Shown: positions 53,305-64,000 of the stretch, piece after piece
Layout: every line of letters starts with the position of its first letter
Position numbering within the stretch: position 1 is the stretch's first letter
Origin: Octopus sinensis
Lineage: Eukaryota
Length of the DNA stretch: 64,000 nucleotides
Direction of reading: 5' to 3'
NCBI RefSeq assembly: GCF_006345805.1
Contig: NC_043021.1
Coordinates: forward strand, 18,972,001-19,036,000
Translations under genes and position numbers: made by a program
Notes under the pieces: generated by a model
What the model was told of the DNA's origin: nothing
The model's database searches: none
What the model saw: only the letters and a program-made list of their open reading frames with translations

Positions 53305-53457
53305 TATATATAATATAGGACAATCCGGAAGTTGTCATAATAGAACTCAGAGTTTCAAATAGCAGAAGTGAGAGCTTAATGCCTAGAAGCTCTAAACTCC
53401 GGTATTTGAAACTCTTAGTATTATTATGACAACTTACTGATTATCCTATATTATATA
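53305..53457. repeat. Diverged fold-back palindrome with hammerhead 3' halves
   Basis: Imperfect arms; GAAACTC(T)(G/T)AGT on both strands; inside (TA)n. Confidence 0.65.
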
Positions 53458-53529
53458 TATATAGATAAATTCCTCTATTTACATAATATTGAGGTCTCAT
53501 TCATTCTTTTGTTGTCATATTATTATTAT

Positions 53530-53573
<44 letters not shown>

Positions 53574-53794
53574 ATATATAATATATATATATATATATCA
53601 CTAACTTATATATGTATACACCAACTGCTATATATACAAACCAACTTTTATGTACACCAATTTATATTTGCATATGCTAATTATAACTATGACAACAGGA
53701 AAAAATTAGAAATTTCAAGGGCATTGCAGCTTGCTTGAATATATATAACAGTATTAATAAAATAGATGGAAAAATTTTAAAAAGATTTTTTTTA

Positions 53795-53834
53795 GTATGA
53801 CATGTTTCGACCTGTTCTGGGTCTCTTCAGGTAC
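53795..53834 (-). ncRNA. Minimal type I hammerhead
   Basis: Minus strand GTAC-CTGAAGA-GACC cagaaca GGTC-GAAA-C AT G-TC^ATAC; palindromic ACATGT; one stem I mismatch that CpG decay would explain. Confidence 0.75.
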
Positions 53835-54265
53835 ATAAATAAATTTTTTTTAAATATAAAATGTCTCACTAGAGATTCGGTTTTACGTCTCGCTAAATGT
53901 CCGTTAACTTTGGGAATGAGTAAAAAACAGAGAAAAGTTGAAACACGAAAGATTCAAATAGGAACGTGAATTTTTCGTGTTTCAACTAGTTTAGAGAAAA
54001 TGATGTAATGAGCCATCGCTGTTGTAACTGTGTGTATATATATATATATATATATAAAATATGAATTAGAGATAAAACCACTATTATGCAACCCAAACAG
54101 TGATAGACATAAACCAATACATAAATAACAAATATATATAAATATAATTAATATAATATAAATATATCTCTAATTCGTATTTTATATATTTATTCTGTGA
54201 AATTTGATTTAATACTAAATTGAATTTTTCCCTTGTAAGTTTGGAGCTATACTCTCTAATATTAT

Positions 54266-54296
<31 letters not shown>

Positions 54297-54478
54297 CTAC
54301 ATGCATATATATATGTTATTAATTAATGAACGTTCAATGTAGTTTATATGTATTGGAGATGGTTAGAGGTTCAAGAGAAGAAACAAGACATGCCAAATGA
54401 AGATAAAACAAAAAATTTAATTTGCCTCATCGCTAAATTGTATGTCATGTCATGGTTTGTCTCGTTGGTATTTTCTAG

Positions 54479-54675
54479 ACTCTGACTATGATATAGACAT
54501 GGACCGTAGTATGATGTCCGGAGATAATCATGAAGCTCGTGATGACCACCACCACCACCACCACCACCACCACAGATCCAACCGAAGTCCATCTCAGGAA
54601 CGGTCCAAACGTGAACGATTTGTACTTAACGATTTCCATTTTATTAAAGTATTGGGGAAAGGCAGTTTTGGCAAA
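54479..54675 (+). CDS. PRKCE: nPKC exon: hinge with His9 and kinase Gly-rich loop (...DDHHHHHHHHHRSNRSPSQERSKRERFVLNDFHFIKVLGKGSFGK)
   Basis: TTTTCTAG acceptor, GTAAGT donor at 54676, FxFIKVLGKGSFGK motif. Confidence 0.95.
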
Positions 54676-54963
54676 GTAAGTGAAATGGTTTCTCTTTTCT
54701 TGTCTTTTAAGAATAATGTTTGTATGTCCATGTTAGCTATGTTATGCTTGGATCAAGTGTTATCTTCTATAGACTTGGGTCAACCAAAGTCCTTTAAATG
54801 AAATTGGTTAACTCTTAGCATTTAGGCCAGCCATATCTATCTCAAATTGTCTACCTGTTTTATGCTTAAACCAGCCAGATCCAGTTTCTTGCACCTACAC
54901 TACACTGTCATTCTAAAACTCAACAACCATGTCATTGAAATCTCAAAGCTAAAAGATAATGTA

Positions 54964-56263
54964 TTAGGTCATCCCATAAGTTCTGTCCGATTTAACCTTT
55001 TTTAAAATTGAATAAAATTTAATAGTATTTAGAACGTCTAATGGAATTAAAGATTACTTTTATGCATTTGTGTACATTTAAACTAATTAAATATTATTTT
55101 GCAGAACAATAGAATTAAAATTTCTTTGATTAAAACCCTTTCTAATATGGAAGTATCCAAAGAGCATTTAAAGCACATAATGTTTTATGAGTACAAAAAA
55201 GGAAACTCTGCAGCCAAAGCGACTAGAAACATACCCTCAGTTTATGGGAAAGAATGCTTGAATGAAAGAACTTGCAGAAAATAGTTTGAAAAATTCAGAA
55301 GTGGAGATTTCAGCTTTGAAGATGAAGATCGAACAGGACATCCAGTTGAGTTTGATGATAAGCTCCTTGAGGCATTACTTGAAGAAAATCCTGCATTATC
55401 AGTTGAAGAATTGGCAATAAAGCTTAGTTTAAACCATACAACTGTTCATCGTCATCTATAACAACTTGGAAAGGTTCCTAAACTTGGAAAATGGGTGCCT
55501 CATGAATTGTCTGAAAGCAACCGCAAATACCGTGTTGATATCCGCTCTTCTTTCCATTCTCACGAACTCATTTCACCCTTTTTGGATAGACTTGTGACTG
55601 GTGACGAAAAATGGATCTTCTATCGAAATGTTAAACGTCGTAAACAGGGGCTTGGTAAAAGGGAAAAAGCTCAACCACAACTGAGAAGGGGGAAAAAAGT
55701 TTCTTCATGTGGAAAAAGGTTCTTCTCTCTATCTGGTGGGATTGCAAAGGAGTAATTCACTTTAAATTGTTATCACCTAATGCAACAATTAATGCTCAAG
55801 TCTACTGTCAGCAATCAGAGTGTTTGAAGCAAGCTTTGAAGAAAAATAGACCTGCTTTAGTGAATCGAAAAAGAATGATGTTTCAATCAGGACAATGCGC
55901 GACCCCACACTGCAAAGATCACATCACAGAACATCGAAGAGCTTGGTTGGGAAAAAATTCCTCATCCAACTTACTCTCCCGACCTTGCTCCTTCAGACAA
56001 CCATTTGTTTCGTAGTTTACAGAATCATTTGGGGGACATAACTTTTGCAAGCCAGGAGGAGGTCGAAACTGTCATTTCACAGTTCTTCGCTTTGAAACCA
56101 AAAGAGTTTTTACGTTGATGGGATTAAAAAGCTTGTAAATAGATCGAAGGAAGTCATAGATAATCAGGGAAAGTACATTGATGATTAAATTTCAATTAAA
56201 TATAACATTTGATCACTTGTTTTCTTTATTCAAAATTCGGACAGAACTTATGGGATGACCTGA
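54964..56263 (+). mobile_element. Full-length (1300 bp) defective mariner (DD34D) transposon
   Basis: 27-bp TIRs (26/27), TA on both sides; transposase from ATG 55147 with WVPHEL, TGDEKW and YSPDLAPSD motifs; in-frame stops and frameshifts. Confidence 0.95.
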
Positions 56264-56833
56264 TATGTTGTTGTTTGTTCCTTCTTGAGCCATGCCTGGC
56301 TCATAAGGGTCGGTTTCCAATTTCATTGGTGTATAGGTTCCCTACCTGGACAGGACGTTGGTCTGTCGCAGGTGAGCTGTTATATGCAGAAGGAAAGAGT
56401 GAAAAAAAGTTGTGGTGAAAGAGTCAGGAGAAGTTGACCATTACCTTCTGCCAGAGCCATGTGAAGCTCAGGTGTTTCACTCATAAACACACACATCACC
56501 TGGTCTGAGATTCGAACCCACTATCCCTCGACCGCGAGTCCGCTGCTCTAACTACTAGGCCATGTGCCTCCACAAAAATTAATACATAATTAATACAAAA
56601 CAATGTAAATAAAGAAGCATTGCATTTGACAAAGTAACCTGAATGGTGAAAGGTTAAACCAGCGATATCTGGCCTAGATGATCAACCAGTTTTATATTCA
56701 AACTGGCCAGATCCAGCCTCTCACACCTACCCTATTATTTCATTCTAAATCTAAACAATCACATAATCAAAATCTCAAAGCTGCAAGATAAAACAGGATT
56801 AATTCAAAACAATGTGAATAAACAAGCAATATA

Positions 56834-57220
56834 GGCGCAGGAGTGGCTGTGTGGTAAGTAGCTTGCTTACTAACCACATGGTTCTGGGTTCAGTCCCACT
56901 GCGTGGCATCTTGGGCAAGTGTCTTCTGCTACAGCCTCGGGCCGACCAAAGCCTTGTGAGTGGATTTGGTAGACGGAAACTGAAAGAAGCCCGTCGTATA
57001 TATGTATATATATATATATGTACATATGTGTGTGTGTTTGTGTGTCTGTGTTTGACAACCGATGCTGGTGTGTTTATGTCCCCGTCACTTAGCGGTTCGG
57101 CAAAAGAAACCGATAGAATAAGTACTGGGCTTACAAAGAATAAGTCCCAGGGTCGAGTTGCTCGATTAAAGGTGGTGCTCCAGCATGGCCGCAGTCAAAT
57201 GACTGAAACAAGTAAAAGAG
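56834..57220 (+). mobile_element. SINE family A
   Basis: Full-length copy. Confidence 0.9.
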
Positions 57221-59035
57221 TATATATGATAGAATAACCTGAAGGCTAAAGGGTTAGACCAGCCATATCAGGCCTTATGTTCAAACTGGACAAGGTAGGG
57301 TTCGGATGGATCACAACTTCAACTCCTTCATTTAGAGGTAGTGCCTCCAGCATTGAAAGTTAAAACTGGAAGAATGATCCTTGTCAAACTGGTATGGAGG
57401 TTGAAAACCGTAGGGGCAGATAAAGTAGGCTTAATTTATATGTTTGTATCAAGTGCAAAATTAGTATGGAATAAAGTACATAAAAAGAGTTGTGCAATAA
57501 ATGAGACTGTTAGATAACTTATTTTGTGTACTTTATTCTGTACTCTGTATTTTGTATTCTCCGTGGATATATATATGAATCTTAAGTCTACTCATATTTT
57601 TCTACCCTACTCTCTCTCTATCTTTTCCATATGTATGTATATGTATATATATATGTATATATATATATATATGTTGTTATATTTCGGAATGGTCATTTTG
57701 CCAGTTTAGCCAAATGTATATATAATATATATAATTATTTGAGGGAATATTAATCCTAACTTACAGGGAAAAATTCAATTTAGAAATACTAAATCAAATT
57801 TCACACAATATATATATATATTATATATATATATATATTATATATATATATATAAATCCTTAAAAATGTTTTAGCCCGAAGGCTGCTGCCATGCTGGGGC
57901 ACCAATATATATATAAAAATTAGAAAAAACAACCTTTTATCAATTCAAAATGAACAATTAAATTACACCATCTAGAAAATTACATATAATAGAAATATTA
58001 AAATTAAAATAACAATAATATACCGATGATTAAGTAAATTGCAAAAAAATAATAAAAACGTATATAATTGGTATATAATATATAAATATATATATATATA
58101 TTTATATATTCAGTCATTAGACTGTGGCTATGTTGGAGCACATATGGAATTTTAGTTGAGCAAATCGACACCAATACTTATTTTCTTTTTTTTAAGCCTG
58201 GTACTTATTTTATTGATCTCTTTTGCTGAACCACTAAGTTACAGGGACATAAACACACCAACACCAGTTGTCAAGTGGTGGTAGGACACACACACACAGA
58301 TACACATAGATAGACAGACAGACAGACAACAGGCTTTTTTCAGTTTCTATCTACTAAATCCACTCACAAGGCTATGGCCAACCAGTGGCTATAGTAGAAA
58401 CACTTGCCCAAGGTTTCATGCAGTGGGACTGAACCTAAAACCATGTGGTTAGGAAGCAAATTTCTTTCCACACAGCTGCACACACACACACACACACACA
58501 CAGCTAAGTGGTATGTCATTAGTTTGATTAACGTTTACCAGTTTAATTAATTGCTTGATGGATTATAATTATTTTTCTTTCTGTTACTCTTCACCTCTTC
58601 AAAATGGAGCATAAATATTTTTTTAAAGATCACAGATAACAAGGATAAATAGCCCAATTAACGTTTATCACACTAATTAATCCACTTTCTTCTTAGTCAT
58701 TTAAATTTCCTATCATCATTCATTCTTTTTTTTATATTTATTTATTTTTGTTTTTTGGTTTTTTTTTTTGCTGATGAAAGTTTTGGAATGTTCTAGAGCA
58801 TTTTTCAATTTGATTTTCATCTAATTTAAAATGCAAACTGAAATATATATCTGTGGCTTAATACTTCTGTCTGTTTACAATATTTTCCAGCATAAAATCA
58901 ATGTAGTATAAAGTATAAACATCTAATGTAAACATTCAAATATCATCTCTATTTTGCCAAATCCTGCCGCATTTCACAGACAATTTTTGATCCTCCAAAA
59001 TTGTCTTGGCATACAAGTTGACTTAACTTTTTTTG

Positions 59036-59538
59036 ACTTTATTCTTTTATTTGTTTCAGTCATTTGACTGCAGCCATACTGGAGCACCGCCTTTAGTCAG
59101 ACAAATTGACCTCAGGACTTACTCTTTGTTAACCTAGTACTTATTCTATCGGTCTCCTTTGCTGAACCGCTAAGTTACGGAGACGTAAACACACTAGTAT
59201 CAGTTGTCAATCAATGTTGGGGGGACAAACACACACACATATATATAGAACTTTTTTAAAAAGTTCCTACCGATAATGGTTATATTTCCATACCAAAATC
59301 TACCCGGAAATAATTGTTGGTTTTTTTTAAAATTAATAATTATTTACCGTTATATTATATTATATATATATTACACGATAGGCTTCTTTCAGTTTCCGTC
59401 TACCAAATCCACTCACAAGGCTTTGGTCGGCCCGAGGCTATAGTGGAAGACACTTGCTTAAGGTGCTACGCAGTGGGACTGAACCAGGAACCATTTGGTT
59501 GGTAAGCAAACTACTTACCACACAGCCACTCCTACGCA
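59036..59538 (-). mobile_element. SINE family A with internal insertion (older copies also near 12292-12585, 35325-35705, 58110-58480)
   Basis: Head and tail match the family. Confidence 0.85.
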
Positions 59539-60457
59539 GTTTGAAAAATTTGACTTGTATGCTGGAAAATATGGTATTCAGCCATTACAAATCCCAGTTG
59601 TACTTCAGTTCACCTCTTAATTATACCTGTACGTTTGGAGATCAGTACAGCTACAACAATCACTTCTCACCTGGAGATTGATGCGATTTCTTTAAAAGAT
59701 TTAAAAAATTTATTTATTCCTTTTATTACCAAATTTCTTTTGAAACATTTCTGCCTTTATTTCAAATAATTTTAAGGATAATGAAAACCCCAGTAAAATT
59801 GAAATCACATGATATGGTGATCTCAGAGCTAGAATAGTAGGGGGTTCTCTCCCTGCTTGCAATATATATCGAGTGTAAAGTGCACTGAATAACCAGCTGG
59901 AGGAGGCGTCCTCCTTGGGTTAGAATAACAGTATCATCTGTTCTTATAGAGTACCCACTTTTAGGCGGCAATAAACATTGCTTCTCAGTATAAATACTGT
60001 TTTCATTTGTATTAGAGATTTTCTTAATGAGATGGTTTGCTCGTAAAATAGATTTGCCATTATGAAGTCTTTAGTTGCCATATTTCTGTTGAAACGCACT
60101 GTCTGTGTCTCAATTTATTCTGGAAATAAAATAGAATTTAGTAAAATGTCTTTGTCAATATTATGGGCTTATGAACAGTAGGTGTAAGTGTACTTCCTAC
60201 AATTTTTGTAGGGGGTGCAAAACCAAAATTTGCACCCCTACTTACTTTTCTCAAGATTAGAAAACAATATGTAAAAAATGGTTTGTAAAAAGTAGCTTGA
60301 AGTTCGGCTTTTTCTCAAAGAAGAAAAAAAAAGAAACAATAAGACCCTGTTTGTAAAAAATTTTGGACCTGGGTTTGCACCCCCTAAGCAAATTTCCTTC
60401 CCAAGCCAGTAGTCAATATTAATTCTTTTCCTATTTTATTTCTTTCAAAATACACAG

Positions 60458-60681
60458 CCGTAGGAGTGGCTGTGTGGTAAGTAGCTTGCTAACCAACCAT
60501 ATGGTTCCGGGTTCAGTCCCACTGCATGGCATCTTGGGAAAATGTCTTCTACTATAGCCTCGGGTCGACCAAAGCTTCTTTCAGTTTCCGTCTACCAAAT
60601 CCACTCACAATGCAATGGGAATGAACCCGGAACCATGTGGTTGGTAAGCAAGCTACCTACCACACAGCCACTCCTGCGCCT
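60458..60681. mobile_element. Rearranged fold-back SINE A (two heads in inverted orientation)
   Basis: 60458-60528 pairs with 60610-60680. Confidence 0.9.
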
Positions 60682-61158
60682 ACTTAAATTTTTATAAATA
60701 TATTTACCCAAATATTAATATGATACTTAAATACAAGGTTAACTACTATATATTGTTTATCTTTACACTTTTTAGTGATTACCCAGAATATATATTACTC
60801 AAATTTTTATAAACATATTCATCCCTATATTAATTTGATACTTAAATATACAATTAATTACTATATATTTAATTTTTCTTTATACTTTTTAATGATTACC
60901 CAGAGCATATTATGATATATCTTATATTTACCTCTTTAAAAATATAATTATTAATTGATTTATCTCTATTTTCTTATTTTTCTTAAATAAATATAAACCT
61001 TAGTTTATTTAATTACCTGAGTTTGAATATTAAAATTAATATTCAAAATAAATAGTAAGAGTTCAGTGAATTCATTGGATATTATTATCCCTTAATGAGG
61101 TTTATTTAACTTCTAATTGAACTTTTATATATGTATGTATATATATATATATATATAT

Positions 61159-61509
61159 AGATTCAGATGAATATGGTACTTAATTTGAGGTACCAGAATT
61201 TAGTATGGTATTATCCATACAATTTCAAAGTAAGGTGATTAAAATCAAAATAAGCAACAAGGATATCCAGAGGTAATGCAGTACGATTGTTTCATGCAAC
61301 TCCATTTAATTGAACAATGCAATCATTACATCAATTTAAAATGCAAAGCAATCCTCAGCTTCACAAAGACATAGAATATAATTAAATTAGAACAGATGGA
61401 CACAGTAGTATAATTTTAGGTATAATTATACTAATGTGTCCATCTGTTCTAATTTAATTAAATTCTATGTCTTTGGGCAGCTGAGGATTGCTCTGCATTT
61501 TAAATTGAT
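61159..61509. repeat. Hammerhead element with inverted partial copy (arms 61330-61509)
   Basis: About 80-bp arms; (TA)n on both sides. Confidence 0.85.
61278..61362 (-). ncRNA. Type I hammerhead with long hairpin stem II (same family as 7164-7249)
   Basis: Minus strand GAAG-CTGAGGA-TTGC...GCAT-GAAA-C AATC G-TA^CTGC; the inverted partner copy at 61477-61487 has GCAG, restoring stem I. Confidence 0.7.
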
Positions 61510-61567
<58 letters not shown>

Positions 61568-61901
61568 CTACATGTGTATTTGTGTTTGTCACCCACCGCC
61601 ACTTGACAGCCAGTGTTGTTGTGTTTATGTCCCTGTAACTTAGCTTTTCATCAAAAAAGAGACTAATAGGATAACTAACTACTAGGCTTGAAAAAAATAG
61701 TCCTGGGGTCGATTTGTTCAATCAAAGCCCTTCAAGGTGGTGCACTCAGCATGGCTGCAGTCAAATGACTGCAAGAAGTAAAAGGTAATGCTTTTTTTTT
61801 TTTCTTTGAAGAATATTTAAAAAAAGTTTTGGTTTATAAAAATTCCGTTTTCGTTGAATTTTCTTCTTGAATCTCACTTGTTTGTTTGTTTGTTTCTCCA
61901 G

Positions 61902-62075
61902 GTGATGTTGGCTGAACGTCGGGATACAGATGAAGTGTATGCTGTGAAAGTACTTAAAAAGGATGTCATCATTCACGATGACGACGTTGAATGTACAATG
62001 ACTGAGAAACGAATTTTAGCATTATCGGCCAAACATCCATTCCTGACTGCGCTGCACTCCTGCTTCCAGACTCCC
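61902..62075 (+). CDS. PRKCE: nPKC kinase exon, subdomains II-IV ([58 protein letters not shown])
   Basis: CTCCAG acceptor, GTTAGT donor at 62076, AVKVLKKD and [14 protein letters not shown] motifs. Confidence 0.96.
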
Positions 62076-62113
62076 GTTAGTTCCCTCCTGACTTTTCTCA
62101 CCTGCACCCTCAC

Positions 62114-62145
<32 letters not shown>

Positions 62146-63179
62146 TAGATATATGCTAATCGTCATGGTTTTTGTTATTTAGTGTCAGACCATCCAAATC
62201 TCAGGGGACGTACAACCAACAGTGTTCCAACAATGACCATCCTGACTTTTGGTACAGTACATCTAGGACTCATCATCATCATCGTTAAACATCCGCTTTC
62301 CATGCTAGCATGGGTTGGAGGATTTGACTGAGGACTGGCGAACCAGATGGTTGCACCAGGCTCCAATCTTGATCTGGCAAAGTTTCTGCAGCTGGATGCC
62401 CTTCCTAACGCCAACCACTCCGAGCATGTAGTGGGTGCTTTTACATGCCACCGGCACGGGGGCCAGTCAGGCAGTACTGGCAACGACCTCACTCGCCATA
62501 TCTAAGACGATACACTGCGATTTGAGGGCGATTTGACTGCTCTTTCTAGTGGATCGAGTGATCCCACAAGGGCTTCTTCATTCATGTCTTGTGGTTGTTT
62601 AGCCAACAGACTTATGGTCGAAGACATTCTGGCCATGACCCTCCTACCTTTTCGAATTCTAGGGACTACATGGTCCAATACAGTTGTTATATATCTAGCT
62701 GGTCGGGTGAACATGTAGATCTCCTGTGAGTGAGTAAACTCGAACCGCGCATGTCCACCTAGTGGACATGCTCGGTTCGAGCATCTGAGAGTACATCTAG
62801 TTTGTGTGCTAGGTTATGAAGGCACATGGCTTGGTGGTTAGGGTATTCTGCTCACAACTGCAAGGCCGTGAGTTCAATTCCTGGTGGTGCATTGTGTCCT
62901 TGAGCAAGACACTTTATTTCCTGTTGCTCCAGTTCACTCAGCTGGTAAAGATGAGTCGTACCTGTAATTCAAAGGGGCCAGCCTTCTCACATTCAGTATG
63001 TCACACTGAGTCTCCCCGAGAACTATGTTAAGGGTATGCGTGTCTGTGGAGTACTCAGCCACTGGGACGTTAATTTCACAAGCAGGCTGTTCCATTGATT
63101 GGATCAACTGGAGCCCTTGTTGTCATAACCAACTGAGTATCAGTGTGTACTACTTACTCACAGAAATCTCTAATCTAAT

Positions 63180-63412
63180 TGGCGGCGTGCTGGCAGAATC
63201 GTTAGCACGCCAGGCGAAATGCTTCGTGGTATTTCGTCTGTCTTTACATTCTGAGTTCAAATTCCGCCGAGGTCGACTTTGCCTTTCATCCTTTCAGGGT
63301 CGATAAATAAAGTACCAGTTACGCACTGAGGTCGATGTAATCAACTTAATCCCTTTGTCTGTCCATGTTTGTCCCCTCTATGTTTAGCCCCTTGTGGGCA
63401 ATAAAGAAATAA
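63180..63412 (+). mobile_element. tRNA-derived SINE family C
   Basis: GAGTTCAAATTCC B box; central GCCTTTCATCCTTTCGGGGTCGATAAA resembles the Deu/Nin domain (from memory); copies near 12590-12818, 23808-24200, 28750-28925, 30530-30915, 40488-40825, 44105-44330. Confidence 0.85.
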
Positions 63413-63679
63413 GAAATCTCTAATCTTTAGATACCATTCAGATATGCTAGATTGATATTATCAAGGGTATAGATTAGATGTGGAGAAGCTATAGCCATCT
63501 GAAAGGAGTACAGTGTTTGACATCAAATCATTAAACTGGAATATATTTCGATTCATTTAGTTTGATTTAAAACCAAATTTTTCAATTGTAAACTTTACAA
63601 ACATGTATTTGTGATAACCTTATTTACATTTATCCTTCCATCCATCCATCCAGCTAACCAGTCATCACCTCTGCCCATT

Positions 63680-63975
63680 ATCCCTGCAAGGGTCGTTGGT
63701 GTAGAATCCTAGGACACATCTTCTCAGAAGCAATTGTCTCTAGACATTCCAGCTGGATTCCCAAGTGTAACCAACCAAAACGATGGATGTTATCCAACCA
63801 TCTTGGTCTACCCCTAGGTCTCTTCTGCGAGTCATAGGGCAGAATCCTCAGGTACCTCCTCCATAGGTTCCTATCAGGAATAACCATCTTTAGACATTCT
63901 AGCTGGATTCCTAAGCATGACCAATTGAAACCATGGATAGATAATATCCATCATGTTCTTGGTCTGCTGCTCAGT
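63680..63975 (-). mobile_element. RTE-like LINE C-terminal fragment with internal duplication (related to 49725-49875)
   Basis: KRPRGRPRWLDNI motif. Confidence 0.55.
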
Positions 63976-64000
63976 TTTCTGTTGGTCATTGTGGGGTACA

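Noticed and set aside
36444-54478. Additional hinge exons in the 18-kb intron
   Set aside because: No candidate found and the flanking exons already join in frame; a short symmetric exon cannot be excluded without RNA-seq.
55282-55284. TAG at a conserved Trp of the mariner transposase, rescuable by A-to-I editing
   Set aside because: A TAA stop and at least two frameshifts elsewhere still destroy the ORF.

Overview
Eukaryotic, AT-rich, microsatellite- and SINE-dense genomic DNA; the repeat content suggests an octopus or other coleoid cephalopod (inference). The whole window lies inside one + strand gene, a novel (Ca2+-independent) protein kinase C of the epsilon/eta type (Aplysia Apl II-like). 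Eight coding exons can be joined in frame through GT-AG introns: 16803-16959, 24884-24915, 31331-31413, 32109-32238 (or 32100-), 33677-33807, 36365-36443, 54479-54675, 61902-62075. They encode the pseudosubstrate, C1A, C1B, a hinge with His9 and kinase subdomains I-IV. The C2 exons and the rest of the kinase are outside the window. Introns hold tRNA-derived SINEs, LINE fragments (Tx1/L1, RTE, CR1-like, R2-group), decayed mariner and maT transposons, MITEs, a Helitron and a Helentron-type element. The main unexplained signal is about 10 type I hammerhead ribozyme motifs, plus variant and half copies. They sit in fold-back palindromes inside (TA)n, in a tRNA-headed inverted dimer with a 13-bp TSD, and in a 353-nt structured unit with terminal direct repeats and a TSD. 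Together these look like non-autonomous Penelope-like / retrozyme-like ribozyme retroelements. All ribozyme folds were read by eye and none is shown to be active; repeat boundaries are approximate.
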